Positions 10,701 through 20,709 of a stretch of 64,000 nt of DNA are shown in pieces; the first letter of the stretch is position 1; every line of letters starts with the position of its first letter. Made by a program: the position numbers and the translations under genes. The notes under the pieces were generated by a model. That model did not search any database and was not told where the DNA came from. It saw only the letters and a program-made list of their open reading frames with translations. Source of the stretch: an uncultured bacterium (GTDB lineage: Bacteria; Planctomycetota; UBA8108; UBA1146); assembly GCA_913056395.1 (NCBI GenBank), contig CAJXMG010000012.1, forward strand, positions 8,659 through 72,658, given 5' to 3'.

Positions 10701-12437
10701 ATGAATCCCAACGACCAAGCCCCTTCCGGCTCCGAAGTTTCCTCGCAGGAGACCGCCAAGGTCGCTCCGGAGACAACCGAGTCTGGTCCCAGTTACCTGA
10801 CCGTGACCAAGACCTTCGCCTCCTGGGCCCTGACCCTGGATCACAAGCGCATTGGCCTGATGTATCTGGTCGGTGTCCTGGGGATGTTTTTCCTCGGGGG
10901 AGTCTTCGCGCTGCTGGTGAGAACCGAGCTGTTCTCTCCGATGCCGTTGATCACTCCGCTCTTTGCAGCTGATCCGGGGGCACAGGCTGATCTTTACAAC
11001 CAGTGGTTCACGACCCATGGTGCGATCATGGTGTTTCTGGTGATTATCCCGGGGGTTCCAGCGGCGTTGGGCAACTTTGTCCTGCCTCTGCTTCTGGGAG
11101 CAAAGGATGTGGCATTCCCAAGGCTGAACCTGAGTTCGTTCTACCTGTGGATTTGTGGTGCTGCATTCTTCATTTACGTCCTTTTCAGTGGCGGAGTGGA
11201 TACCGGGTGGACCTTCTACACTCCTTACTCCACGGATACTTCCACTGCGGTGATTCCTGCAGTGGTGGGCGTCTTCATTCTGGGATTCTCCAGTATCTTT
11301 ACCGGTCTGAACTTCATCGTGACGATCCACAAGATGCGGCCCAAGGGAATGACCTGGTTCAACATGCCGCTGTTCCTCTGGGGAACCTACTCCACGGCGG
11401 TCATCCAGGTTCTGGCGACTCCGGTTCTGGGAATCACCCTGTTGCTGCTGATTCTTGAACGAACTTTGGGTATCGGTATTTTCGACCCCCAAAACGGGGG
11501 AGACCCGGTGCTCTATCAGCACTTCTTCTGGTTCTACAGTCACCCTGCGGTGTACATCATGATCATTCCCGCCATGGGAGTGATCAGTGAGATCATCTCC
11601 GTCCACAGCCACAAGAGAATCTTTGGTTACCGCTACATTGGTTATTCCTCTGTCGCGATCGCCATCTTCTCGTTCATCGTCTGGGGACACCACATGTTCA
11701 CCAGTGGCCAGTCGACGGTCATGAACATCATCTTCAGTGGAATCACCTTCTCTGTGGGAATCCCCTCGGCGATCAAGGTCTTCAACTGGATCGCAACGAT
11801 GTACAAGGGGTCACTGACCCTCAATACGACGATGCTGTACGGGATTGCATTCATCTTCCTGTTCACCATCGGTGGATTGACGGGCCTTTTCCTCGGTGTG
11901 TTGAGCATCGACACCCATCTTCATGACACGTACTTCGTGGTCGCCCACTTCCACTACGTCATGATGGGAAGTGCACTGATTGCCTTCATCGGTGGTCTTC
12001 ACCACTGGTGGCCGAAGATGACCGGAAAGATGTTCAGCGAATTTTGGGGCAGGATTGCCTGCACTCTCGTTTTCATCGGTTTCAACCTGACCTTCATTCC
12101 GCAGTTTGTCATGGGATCTCTCGGCATGCCTCGCAGGTACTACACCTACCAGGACAAGTTTGAGATTTACCATCAGCTTTCCACCGTGGGAGCTTATGTG
12201 ATGGCTGTTGGCTTCTTCATGACAGCTTTCTACCTGTTGCAGTCACTCGCCTCGGGTAAAAAAGCACCGAGCAACCCGTGGGGTGGCAACAGTCTGGAAT
12301 GGCACACTCCGTCACCTCCGCCGCTGGAAAACTTCCACGGCGTGCCTTCGGCGACGGATCCATACGAGCTTGATCACTTTGACTACGACCCGGTCACCGG
12401 GAACTACTCGAGTCGAACCACTGCCGGTTCGGCCTGA
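10701..12437 (+). CDS. coxA: Cytochrome c oxidase subunit I, type A2
   Basis: [22 protein letters not shown] (the YS signature of A2 enzymes in place of GHPEVY), VWGHHM, AHFHY, GMPRRY. Confidence 0.97.
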   Translation: MNPNDQAPSGSEVSSQETAKVAPETTESGPSYLTVTKTFASWALTLDHKRIGLMYLVGVLGMFFLGGVFALLVRTELFSPMPLITPLFAADPGAQADLYNQWFTTHGAIMVFLVIIPGVPAALGNFVLPLLLGAKDVAFPRLNLSSFYLWICGAAFFIYVLFSGGVDTGWTFYTPYSTDTSTAVIPAVVGVFILGFSSIFTGLNFIVTIHKMRPKGMTWFNMPLFLWGTYSTAVIQVLATPVLGITLLLLILERTLGIGIFDPQNGGDPVLYQHFFWFYSHPAVYIMIIPAMGVISEIISVHSHKRIFGYRYIGYSSVAIAIFSFIVWGHHMFTSGQSTVMNIIFSGITFSVGIPSAIKVFNWIATMYKGSLTLNTTMLYGIAFIFLFTIGGLTGLFLGVLSIDTHLHDTYFVVAHFHYVMMGSALIAFIGGLHHWWPKMTGKMFSEFWGRIACTLVFIGFNLTFIPQFVMGSLGMPRRYYTYQDKFEIYHQLSTVGAYVMAVGFFMTAFYLLQSLASGKKAPSNPWGGNSLEWHTPSPPPLENFHGVPSATDPYELDHFDYDPVTGNYSSRTTAGSA

Positions 12438-12439
12438 AG

Positions 12440-13429
12440 ATGGGAGATGGGATGAGCGGCGACGCGCATCAGGACAACAGCGAAGGGGCTGCCGAAACCC
12501 ACCACGGTGGGCACGGAGAAGGGCATGACCATGGACATGGTCACTCTCCGCACCTGGCACACCACTTCGACAGTCTCGATCAGCAGTTCGAAGCAGGAAA
12601 GCTGGGAATGTGGCTTTTCCTGGCAACCGAAGTGCTGCTTTTCGGAGGCCTGTTTGTTTTTTACACAGTCTATAAAGCAAACCACCCTGACCTGTTTGAA
12701 TGGGGAAGCCAATTCCTCGACAAGCGGTGGGGGGCCACCAACACGATGGTGCTGCTGTTTTCTTCCCTGACGATGGCGATGGCTGTCAGGGAGGCCCAGT
12801 TGGGCAGAAAGAACAGAATCCTGTTCTATCTGGCAGTCACCTTCATCTGTGGTTTGGGCTTCATGGGAATCAAGTACCTTGAGTATTCCAAGAAGTTCCA
12901 TGAGGGGTTGTTCCCCGGGAAAAGTTTTTCCTACGCCACAGTGGATGCCGCAGAACAGGAGCGTGCGAGGATCGAAAGAGAATCTCTCGATTCCCTGATT
13001 CCGCCCAAGGCTCCCGAAGCCAATCCCAAAGAGATCGAGCCGATTGCCAAGACTCAGGCTAAAGGTCCGGCTCTCCCACCAACAGGGTTGGCTGTCAACA
13101 TGGGCAAGGATGAGATGAAAGCCAAACTCAAAGAGGAATCGAAGTACCCTTCGAATCCCGACGAGTTGTACATCGCTCCCTACCATGTTCCGACGGTACC
13201 CCGGCCGGAGAATGCCCATGTGTTTTTCAGTATTTACTTCTGCCTCACCGGCCTTCACGGCATTCACGTGCTGATCGGAATGGCCGTCATGGTGTGGCTG
13301 ATGTGGTTGGTGATGAAGGACAAGATCGGCAAGGAGTTCTTTACTCCGGTGGATCTGGGTGGACTCTACTGGCACCTGGTGGATCTGATCTGGATCTACC
13401 TCTTCCCACTGCTTTATCTGGTTGAATAG
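12440..13429 (+). CDS. coxC: Cytochrome c oxidase subunit III with a large loop insertion
   Basis: GMWLFLATEVLLFGGLF, TGLHGIHV, GLYWHLVDLIWIYLFPLLY; His-rich N-terminus. Confidence 0.93.
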   Translation: MGDGMSGDAHQDNSEGAAETHHGGHGEGHDHGHGHSPHLAHHFDSLDQQFEAGKLGMWLFLATEVLLFGGLFVFYTVYKANHPDLFEWGSQFLDKRWGATNTMVLLFSSLTMAMAVREAQLGRKNRILFYLAVTFICGLGFMGIKYLEYSKKFHEGLFPGKSFSYATVDAAEQERARIERESLDSLIPPKAPEANPKEIEPIAKTQAKGPALPPTGLAVNMGKDEMKAKLKEESKYPSNPDELYIAPYHVPTVPRPENAHVFFSIYFCLTGLHGIHVLIGMAVMVWLMWLVMKDKIGKEFFTPVDLGGLYWHLVDLIWIYLFPLLYLVE

Positions 13430-13437
13430 GAGGATCC

Positions 13438-13881
13438 ATGGAAGCTCTTTTGAATAATGTGGATCTTCTGATTCTGTCGGCGTTTTTCTTGTGTCTGATC
13501 GCGACCCTGATCGTGACCAAGGCGAACAAGGGCAATAAGGATCCCCATCCGGTGGTCGGTCACATGACTTCGACCCCTCTGTTGTTGACGATTTTGACAG
13601 CGTTGCTCTTTCTCACCTGGCTGACGGTGGGTGTCTCCTATGTTGACATGGGAGATCTCAATATCGTTGTGGCCATGGGTGTGGCAACCATCAAGGCGTC
13701 CCTCGTAGGGCTTTACTTCATGCACCTGCGCTGGGATCGCCCGTTCAATGCCATCATTCTGGTCGGATCTCTGCTCTTTCTGGGCATCTTTTTGGGCTTC
13801 GCCCTTCTCGATACCGGGGAATATCAGGAGAATTTGTACACCGACAGTGCAACACTTGAAGCCCAGGGGCTGACAGACTGA
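13438..13881 (+). CDS. Cytochrome c oxidase subunit IV (caa3-type, CtaF/CyoD family)
   Basis: LTWLTVGV, VATIKASLVGLYFMHLRWD; AGGAGG RBS. Confidence 0.88.
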   Translation: MEALLNNVDLLILSAFFLCLIATLIVTKANKGNKDPHPVVGHMTSTPLLLTILTALLFLTWLTVGVSYVDMGDLNIVVAMGVATIKASLVGLYFMHLRWDRPFNAIILVGSLLFLGIFLGFALLDTGEYQENLYTDSATLEAQGLTD

Positions 13882-13912
13882 TTCGAGAGGTGGGGGAAGA
13901 ACAGGAGCGATC

Positions 13913-14524
13913 GTGCCCGGAGCGGTGGAACATCAGGAAAAGTTTGTGGGGGAGATCCCATCCCCTCCCAATCCTGCCGTCCTGCAAATGGGTATGTGGC
14001 TCTTTTTGGCCTCACTGGGGATCTTTTTTGTCGCCAGTGTGATCGGAATCGTTCTTGTGAGGAACTCTTCCCCCAACTGGGGGCAAGGGAGTCCCTCTCT
14101 CCCGGACACTGCATGGGTCAGCACCGGCATCATCCTGCTGTTGAGTGTTTTCTCCCAACTGGGAGTCCATTTTATTGGCAAAGACGCCCTTCGCAGGTTC
14201 AAGGCCTGCATGCTCACTGTTTTCTTTCTGGGTTTCGCATTCCTTTATGTCCAGGAAAATGTCTGGCAGCAGTTACTCACATCTGGCAACGGACAATTCA
14301 ATGCCTCGTCCTCCCTGCTGGGATGGTGCATTTATTCCCTTGGATTGATTCATGCCCTTCACCTGGCGGGTGGATTGATTTTTCAGTCCCTTGTCACCGT
14401 CCGGTCCATGACCGGAGGTTACTGGAGTCTTCACCATGATCTGGTGAAACAGGTCAATCTTTATTGGCACTTTCTGGGAGTGGTCTGGTTCGGACTTTTC
14501 GCGTTCCTGCTGTGGTTGGTCTAG
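13913..14524 (+). CDS. Second heme-copper oxidase subunit III-like protein
   Basis: GMWLFLASL, HALHLAGG, LYWHFLGVVW; AGGAG RBS before the GTG. Confidence 0.85.
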   Translation: MPGAVEHQEKFVGEIPSPPNPAVLQMGMWLFLASLGIFFVASVIGIVLVRNSSPNWGQGSPSLPDTAWVSTGIILLLSVFSQLGVHFIGKDALRRFKACMLTVFFLGFAFLYVQENVWQQLLTSGNGQFNASSSLLGWCIYSLGLIHALHLAGGLIFQSLVTVRSMTGGYWSLHHDLVKQVNLYWHFLGVVWFGLFAFLLWLV

Positions 14525-15501
14525 GGGCCTTCGACAGGGATCTCGCGAGCATGGGTTGCGAACCACGAGCTGATCAGGAAGGGGCTTTCGGAAGAATAGG
14601 TCTTCTGAAGATCGTCCGTCAGGACTCCCAGCCTTTCTGATCCGTTTCCGGAAACCATGACCCGATCCAGATTTTTTGGCCCTGCAGGAGCTTTGGGTGA
14701 GTAGGGGTATTTGGGCAAGTCTCTCTGGCGGTAGGGCAGATAGGGTTCTTTCTTGTAATAGTTTCGGTGGCTTTCGAGCATGGCCATGACATCCGTATCG
14801 GGAGCGGTTTCAAGCCAGTTCTCCCAGGTGGTCAAGGTGAAGGGCAGAAACTTGAGTGCTTCACCCTTTCTCGGGCCAGTGAGTGCACTGCCGTCTAGGG
14901 GACTCCACAAGCTTTCCTGACTTCTCATTCCCTGTCCAAGTCGATCATTGATCAACAAACAGCAATCGAGAACCAGACCCGAGTTTCCATAGAGGGGCGG
15001 CGTTTCACCGGGGGCGTTGACGGTTCGCTCGAATACGGCAATCGTCTCGGACAGCGGGTGATAAACCACGCAAATCGGTTTGCCTCCGACAACGTCATTG
15101 ACGACTTCATGCCATTGCAACAGGCGCAGTGGATATGCACGCGATTGATCGCCGAAGGTGATTCCGACCACTTCACTGGAAGAGACGAGAAAGCGTTTGC
15201 GGAAGTTTTTTGACAGTTCTTCGACTTTGTCCTGTCCCCAGGTTTCGGGGAGATCGACAGCAATGATTTGGCCGGGTGCTCCCCAGCGCAAAAAGTCGGG
15301 ATCATTGAGCAACTCATCGGGAAGCGCGAAACCGTTTGTTTTGAAAGCCTCTGGTCCCAACTGGTCGACTTCTTCAATTGCTCGCATCAAATGCGGGAGG
15401 CGCCATGCCACCACAGCGAGGATCAACAGGAGCAATCCTCCAAGAAGCAGTCCAAGACCATTCCCTGAGTTATCGGTAGAAGGAGTTTCCGGATTCATCA
15501 T
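14521..15501 (-). CDS. DUF3179 family membrane-anchored protein
   Basis: RAYPLRLLQWHEVVND, GNSG, ESLWS....ALTGP..G..L, TTWENW...PDT motifs; N-terminal TM helix; ATGA-coupled to cyoE. Confidence 0.75.
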   Translation of the reverse strand: MMNPETPSTDNSGNGLGLLLGGLLLLILAVVAWRLPHLMRAIEEVDQLGPEAFKTNGFALPDELLNDPDFLRWGAPGQIIAVDLPETWGQDKVEELSKNFRKRFLVSSSEVVGITFGDQSRAYPLRLLQWHEVVNDVVGGKPICVVYHPLSETIAVFERTVNAPGETPPLYGNSGLVLDCCLLINDRLGQGMRSQESLWSPLDGSALTGPRKGEALKFLPFTLTTWENWLETAPDTDVMAMLESHRNYYKKEPYLPYRQRDLPKYPYSPKAPAGPKNLDRVMVSGNGSERLGVLTDDLQKTYSSESPFLISSWFATHAREIPVEGP

Positions 15502-16457
15502 GACCCCGAACTGATCACCAGAGCCGAAAGAACTGGTGGTAGGTAAATCAGGCTGGCAAAAAAGAGTTTTCTTGCCGCAGGCTTATCCCTGTGCAGGGCC
15601 AGTTGGTAAGAGCGCAGGGTCATCAGGAATCCGCCCAGATTTGCTACCGCAAGATAGAGAAGTCCAGCATGACCGGTCAGCGTGGGAGAGAGACTGACCC
15701 CCCAGAGGAGTAGTGACCAGATCACCGAAATCCTCGCTGTCCGGTGACCCTCAGGGTCGACACTCGGCAGCATTTTGAATCCGGCTTTTTCGTACTCCTC
15801 CCGATGCATCCATGCGATGGCGAGGAAGTGCGGGATTTGCCAGATGAAAAGAATTCCGAAGAGTGCAAGACCCACCGGATGCCATGGACTTCCTCCGGCC
15901 CCGCACCAACCGATCAGGGGAGGCAAGGCTCCCGGAATCGCACCGAGAATGGTATTGAGCGGAGTCCGTTTTTTCAGGGGGGTGTAGACGAGGACATAGA
16001 GGATCAGGCTGACAAATCCGAGAATCGCCGTAAGAGGGTTACCCTGCCACCACAAGAGCACAGTGCCACTGGAAGCCAACAGGGTGGCGTAGGGAAGAAC
16101 AACTGCTGCTCCAATTCTCCCCTTTGCGGTGGCACGAACTGCGGTCCGCCGCATCAACTGATCCTGTTTTCGTTCCCAGAGCATGTTCAGGGAATTTGCA
16201 GCGGCGGCGAGGAGAGCGGTACCCAGACTCAGGGCGATCAGAACGGTCCAGCGTTCCAGCCATGCTGTGGTGGTGCCCGTGAATCGAGAGTTCCAGGTTT
16301 CAGGGAATGCCCAGGATGTCGCCACGCCGAGGCTGGCGGTCAGTACCACCAGCATCGTCAATCGGGGCTTGGCAAGCTGGAGGAGGTCTGACAGCAGTGT
16401 TGGCTGCTGAACCTCACCCATGCCTGTATCCCCAGATTCGGCTTCAGGTTTGGACAA
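15498..16457 (-). CDS. cyoE: Protoheme IX farnesyltransferase (heme o synthase)
   Basis: QLAKPR, NMLWERKQDQLMRRT, YTPLKKRT, GAIPGALPPLIGW, WQIPHFLAIAW; TTG start with GGGAG. Confidence 0.95.
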   Translation of the reverse strand: MSKPEAESGDTGMGEVQQPTLLSDLLQLAKPRLTMLVVLTASLGVATSWAFPETWNSRFTGTTTAWLERWTVLIALSLGTALLAAAANSLNMLWERKQDQLMRRTAVRATAKGRIGAAVVLPYATLLASSGTVLLWWQGNPLTAILGFVSLILYVLVYTPLKKRTPLNTILGAIPGALPPLIGWCGAGGSPWHPVGLALFGILFIWQIPHFLAIAWMHREEYEKAGFKMLPSVDPEGHRTARISVIWSLLLWGVSLSPTLTGHAGLLYLAVANLGGFLMTLRSYQLALHRDKPAARKLFFASLIYLPPVLSALVISSGS

Positions 16458-16535
16458 TGTGGTCTCCCGTCTGAGGTGAGTTTAGGGTCTGGAAGACAAT
16501 TCGACCACCGGACCCAAGAGGCCCATCGGGATTGC

Positions 16536-16563
16536 TTGACCGATACGGCTGGAGTGGGAGAAT
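16536..16563 (+). promoter_or_regulatory. Putative promoter of the suf operon (TTGACC-N16-GAGAAT, extended -10 TG)
   Basis: TTGACC 16536-16541, TG 16555-16556, GAGAAT 16558-16563. Confidence 0.45.
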
Positions 16564-16564
16564 C

Positions 16565-16591
16565 AAATCAGGACCAAAGTTGTCCCCTTTT
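16565..16591. promoter_or_regulatory. Putative Rrf2 (SufR/IscR-like) operator
   Basis: Imperfect palindrome aaatcaGGAC-caaagtt-GTCCcctttt just downstream of the predicted -10 and upstream of the Rrf2 gene. Confidence 0.5.
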
Positions 16592-16686
16592 TGAAAGTAA
16601 CAGGAGTGGCCTCTATTTGCGGATTTGCCATATTTGGCGGCCCGGATTTGAGTGCAACGACAGAGGGCGAACTGACAGGCGACTGA

Positions 16687-17166
16687 ATGCTGAGACTCAA
16701 CCGTCAGACTGACTATGGGATCATGATCCTGACCTGCCTGGTCCGGGAAGATGACAAGGCGATGCCCCCACGGTTGCTGTCTGCACCGGAAATCGCCACG
16801 GCTTCCGGTCTGGCACTCCCGAATGTCAGCAAGATTCTCAAGGCCCTCGTGCGTGGAGGAATTCTCCAGTCCAGGCGGGGGGTTCAGGGTGGGTATCAAC
16901 TTTCACGACTTCCCGCCGAGATTTCGATTCAGCAAATCATTACTGCGCTGGATGGGCCGATTTCGATGACAGATTGCGCCGGTGAAGGACCGGAGCAGTG
17001 TGACGTCAGCTCGCTGTGCCCCATGAGCGCCAATTGGAAATACATCAACGACAAGATCGTGGAGACCCTGGAGAGTATCACCCTCGAACAGATGGCGATT
17101 CCAGGGGGCGTGCTGGCAGCCGCCAACAACGATTCAAATTCCACCAGAAACCCAGAAGGGGAATGA
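16687..17166 (+). CDS. Rrf2-family SUF system Fe-S cluster assembly regulator
   Basis: [28 protein letters not shown], three C-terminal Cys (C..C..C); first gene of the suf operon. Confidence 0.92.
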   Translation: MLRLNRQTDYGIMILTCLVREDDKAMPPRLLSAPEIATASGLALPNVSKILKALVRGGILQSRRGVQGGYQLSRLPAEISIQQIITALDGPISMTDCAGEGPEQCDVSSLCPMSANWKYINDKIVETLESITLEQMAIPGGVLAAANNDSNSTRNPEGE

Positions 17167-18608
17167 TGTCGGAAGCAGAAGAGTTACAGAAACTCGCAGA
17201 CAAGGAATACGAATTCGGTTTCGTCACAGACGTCGAATCGGACTCCTTGCCACCAGGTCTTGATGAAGACACTATCCGGGAAATCGTCCGCAGAAAGGGC
17301 GAGCCGGATTGGCTTCTCGAATATCGTCTCAAGGCTTTCCGCCATTGGCAGACGATGGAGGATCCGGCCTGGGCGAAGGTCAACAAAAATGTCGTCAATT
17401 ACCAGGACCTGATTTACTACAGTGCTCCCAAACCGAAAAAGCAGTTGGAGAGTCTGGACGAAGTCGATCCGGAGTTGTTGGAGACCTTCGAAAAGCTGGG
17501 GATCTCCCTGGAGGAACAGAAGCGCCTCAGCAATGTCGCCGTGGATGCGGTTTTCGACAGTGTCTCCGTGGCGACGACCTTCAGTGACAAGTTGGCAGAA
17601 CTGGGGATCATCTTCTGTTCCTTCAGTGAAGCGGTCAAAGAGCACCCCGAGCTGGTTCGCAAGTATCTGGGATCGGTCGTTCCCTACACAGACAATTTTT
17701 ACTCAGCACTGAACTCAGCAGTCTTTTCGGATGGTTCTTTCTGCTACATCCCCAAAGGTGTCGCATGTCCGATGGAACTGTCGACCTATTTCCGGATCAA
17801 TGCTGCGGGAACGGGCCAGTTTGAGCGGACTCTGATCGTTGCCGATGAAGGCTCGACGGTGTCCTACCTCGAGGGCTGTACGGCTCCCATGCGTGATGAA
17901 AACCAGCTTCACGCGGCGGTGGTCGAGCTCGTCGCTCTCGAAGAAGCCACCATCAAGTACTCGACGGTTCAGAACTGGTATCCCGGCGACGCCGACGGCG
18001 TTGGTGGAATCTACAACTTCGTGACCAAGCGAGGTCTCTGTAAAGGGGACCGCTCAAAGATCTCCTGGACTCAGGTTGAGACGGGCAGTGCCATCACCTG
18101 GAAATATCCTTCCTGCATTCTTCAGGGAGATGATTCCATCGGAGAGTTTTACTCGGTGGCCCTGACCAACAATTTCCAGCAAGCCGATACCGGAACCAAG
18201 ATGGTCCACCTCGGCAAGCGCACCAAGTCGACGATCATCTCGAAGGGTATCAGTGCCGGTAAAGGGCAAAATACCTACCGTGGCCTGGTCGACATTAAAA
18301 AGGGTGCGGAAGACGCACGAAACTTTTCACAGTGTGATTCGATGCTTCTGGGTGATCGCTGTGGCGCACATACCTTCCCCTACGTGGAGGTGAGGAATCC
18401 GAGTGCCAAGGTTGAGCACGAAGCCACCACCTCAAAGATCGGTGAGGACCAGATCTTTTATTGCAATCAGAGGGGCATTTCGACAGAGGATGCCGTCTCG
18501 ATGATCGTCAATGGCTTCTGCAAGGAGGTCTTCAGCGAGCTGCCGATGGAGTTTGCTGTAGAAGCCCAGAAGTTGTTGGCGGTGAGTCTCGAGGGGAGCG
18601 TCGGTTGA
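17163..18608 (+). CDS. sufB: Fe-S cluster assembly scaffold SufB
   Basis: [45 protein letters not shown]-terminal SLEGSVG. Confidence 0.98.
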   Translation: MMSEAEELQKLADKEYEFGFVTDVESDSLPPGLDEDTIREIVRRKGEPDWLLEYRLKAFRHWQTMEDPAWAKVNKNVVNYQDLIYYSAPKPKKQLESLDEVDPELLETFEKLGISLEEQKRLSNVAVDAVFDSVSVATTFSDKLAELGIIFCSFSEAVKEHPELVRKYLGSVVPYTDNFYSALNSAVFSDGSFCYIPKGVACPMELSTYFRINAAGTGQFERTLIVADEGSTVSYLEGCTAPMRDENQLHAAVVELVALEEATIKYSTVQNWYPGDADGVGGIYNFVTKRGLCKGDRSKISWTQVETGSAITWKYPSCILQGDDSIGEFYSVALTNNFQQADTGTKMVHLGKRTKSTIISKGISAGKGQNTYRGLVDIKKGAEDARNFSQCDSMLLGDRCGAHTFPYVEVRNPSAKVEHEATTSKIGEDQIFYCNQRGISTEDAVSMIVNGFCKEVFSELPMEFAVEAQKLLAVSLEGSVG

Positions 18609-19411
18609 TGTCTGCCCATGAAAATGAGGAAAAAATGATTCTCGATGTAAACAATCTTCATGCGTCCGTAGAAGGCAGCCCGATTCTGAAAGGCCTGAAC
18701 CTTTCGGTGAAGCCGGGTGAGGTTCACGCCATCATGGGACCGAATGGCTCAGGCAAGAGTACATTTGCCAATGTGCTTGCCGGTCGTGAGGATTACACGG
18801 TGGACAGTGGTTCTGTGAGCTACAGTGGACTCGACCTCCTCGATCTCGATCCTGAGGAGCGCGCATGTGAGGGCATTTTCCTCGCATTCCAGTACCCCGT
18901 TTCGATTCCTGGAATCTCGAATGCCTACTTCCTGCGCTCGGCCCTCAATGCGGTGCGTCGCTATCGTGAAGAGTCCGAGGTTGACGCCGTAGACTTCCTT
19001 CAACTCGTCCGTGAGAAGATGAAGTTGGTAGGTATGGACGAAAAGCTGTTGCAGCGTTCCGTCAACGATGGCTTCAGCGGTGGTGAAAAGAAGCGTAATG
19101 AGATTCTGCAAATGGCGGTTCTCGATCCAAAACTTGCGATCCTCGACGAGACGGACTCCGGGCTCGATATCGATGCCCTCAGAATTGTCGCCGAAGGTGT
19201 CAACGCTCTTCGTGGAGGTGATCGTGCCTTTATCGTCGTGACCCACTACCAGCGACTTCTCGACTACATCGTTCCTGATCACGTTCATGTGCTTTCGGAG
19301 GGGCAGATCGTCCGTTCCGGCGACAAGACCCTGGCCCATGAGTTGGAGCGTGAGGGATATTCATGGCTCGAATCCGGACATGCCCGTGAGAAAACCCAGG
19401 AGGCTTCGTGA
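18608..19411 (+). CDS. sufC: Fe-S cluster assembly ATPase SufC
   Basis: GPNGSGKST, FQYP, GFSGGEKKRNE, LDETDSGLDIDAL, THYQRLL. Confidence 0.98.
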   Translation: MSAHENEEKMILDVNNLHASVEGSPILKGLNLSVKPGEVHAIMGPNGSGKSTFANVLAGREDYTVDSGSVSYSGLDLLDLDPEERACEGIFLAFQYPVSIPGISNAYFLRSALNAVRRYREESEVDAVDFLQLVREKMKLVGMDEKLLQRSVNDGFSGGEKKRNEILQMAVLDPKLAILDETDSGLDIDALRIVAEGVNALRGGDRAFIVVTHYQRLLDYIVPDHVHVLSEGQIVRSGDKTLAHELEREGYSWLESGHAREKTQEAS

Positions 19412-20709
19412 GCACCGAAACCGTCGACCCCTGGCATGCAATGCTGTCTCAGCAAGTGGCTGAGTCTGCCGGTGCCCATTCCGCCCTGGATCAGCGTCGC
19501 CAGTCTGCCAGCGAGCTGTTCCAGCAAAGTGGATTCCCTACCCGGAAACATGAAGAGTGGAGATACACACCGCTGAAATCGGTAGCCCAAGGTGAATACT
19601 CTGCCCTGCTGCCGGCGGACGGAGTCCTGCCCGGTGATGATGAATTGGCGACCACCTCCGATATTCGTATCGTCATGATCAACGGTCGCTTCAGGGACGA
19701 TCTCTCCGATCTGACCGCATTGCCGGAGGAGGTTTCGATTCGTGGACTCGCAGGCATGCTGGCCGAGAATCCCGATTCAGTCAGTGAATCCATCGAACGC
19801 ATGATTCCCAGTGACGACCATCCATTCCAGAATCTTGCCGATGTTTTTCTCTGCGACGGTCTGGTGATCGACGCCCATGGAGAGACTGACGCCAGAATCC
19901 ATATTGTTCACGCCCAGGATGGATCCACTGCTTCCGGTTCCAGCCATGTCTCCGGACTGGTTCGACTCAGCGGCGGGGCCAAGATCGAAATCCTGGAAGA
20001 GTTCCGTTCCCGAGGAAAGACTCTGGCGAATATCCGTTGGGGTATGGAGATCGGATCCGGTTGTGAATTCTCCCGTCAACGGGTAGTTCGGCCCGGTTGC
20101 GATGTCCTTTACCACGGAACCCGGGTTCAAGTGGAGGGGAAAGCGATCTTCCGCGACCTGATCGCCGGCAGCGGATCACGACTGGTCCGGAATGAGATTC
20201 ATGCGATTCTCGCGGGTCCGGAGGGGCATGTCGATCTGCTGGGTGGTTACGTCAGCAATGGCGATGAAATCGTCGACCACCATACGGTCATCGAACATGC
20301 GGTTGAGGATTGCACCAGCAGAGAGATCTACAGGGGTGTACTCGGTGGAGAGTCCCGGGGTGCATTTACCGGGATGATCCATGTTCATCAGGATGCCCAG
20401 AGAACGGATGCGGAGCAGTCCAACGACGCCATCCTGTTGTCCCGATCTGCAGAGATGAACACCCGTCCCCGTCTTGAGATCTATGCGGACGATGTCAAGT
20501 GCACCCACGGTGCGACTGTTGGTGAGCTGGATGATGAATCACTCTTTTACCTGAGAAGTCGTGGAGTGGGCCTCGAGGAGGCCCGTCGAATGCTGGTCAG
20601 GGCCTTTACTGCAGAAGTCTTTGAGGACCTCGAAAATGAGGCCTTGAAGGAGCAGTTCATCGAGCAGTTACAGGAAGCGATGCCAGCCGCTGGTGAATCG
20701 GGATCCTGA
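19408..20709 (+). CDS. sufD: Fe-S cluster assembly protein SufD
   Basis: PTRKHEEWRYT, AQRTDAEQ, PRLEIYADDVKCTHGATVG, FYLRSRG. Confidence 0.95.
   Translation: MSTETVDPWHAMLSQQVAESAGAHSALDQRRQSASELFQQSGFPTRKHEEWRYTPLKSVAQGEYSALLPADGVLPGDDELATTSDIRIVMINGRFRDDLSDLTALPEEVSIRGLAGMLAENPDSVSESIERMIPSDDHPFQNLADVFLCDGLVIDAHGETDARIHIVHAQDGSTASGSSHVSGLVRLSGGAKIEILEEFRSRGKTLANIRWGMEIGSGCEFSRQRVVRPGCDVLYHGTRVQVEGKAIFRDLIAGSGSRLVRNEIHAILAGPEGHVDLLGGYVSNGDEIVDHHTVIEHAVEDCTSREIYRGVLGGESRGAFTGMIHVHQDAQRTDAEQSNDAILLSRSAEMNTRPRLEIYADDVKCTHGATVGELDDESLFYLRSRGVGLEEARRMLVRAFTAEVFEDLENEALKEQFIEQLQEAMPAAGESGS

Noticed and set aside
9579-11693. 704-aa antisense ORF (likewise 2809-4512, 1564-2715, 40235-41530, 35405-36547, 53834-55024)
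   Set aside because: Shadow frames opposite well-conserved genes; no recognisable motifs; expected from codon bias at this GC content
14521-15501. Selenocysteine recoding in the DUF3179 gene
   Set aside because: No in-frame TGA; the ORF is uninterrupted
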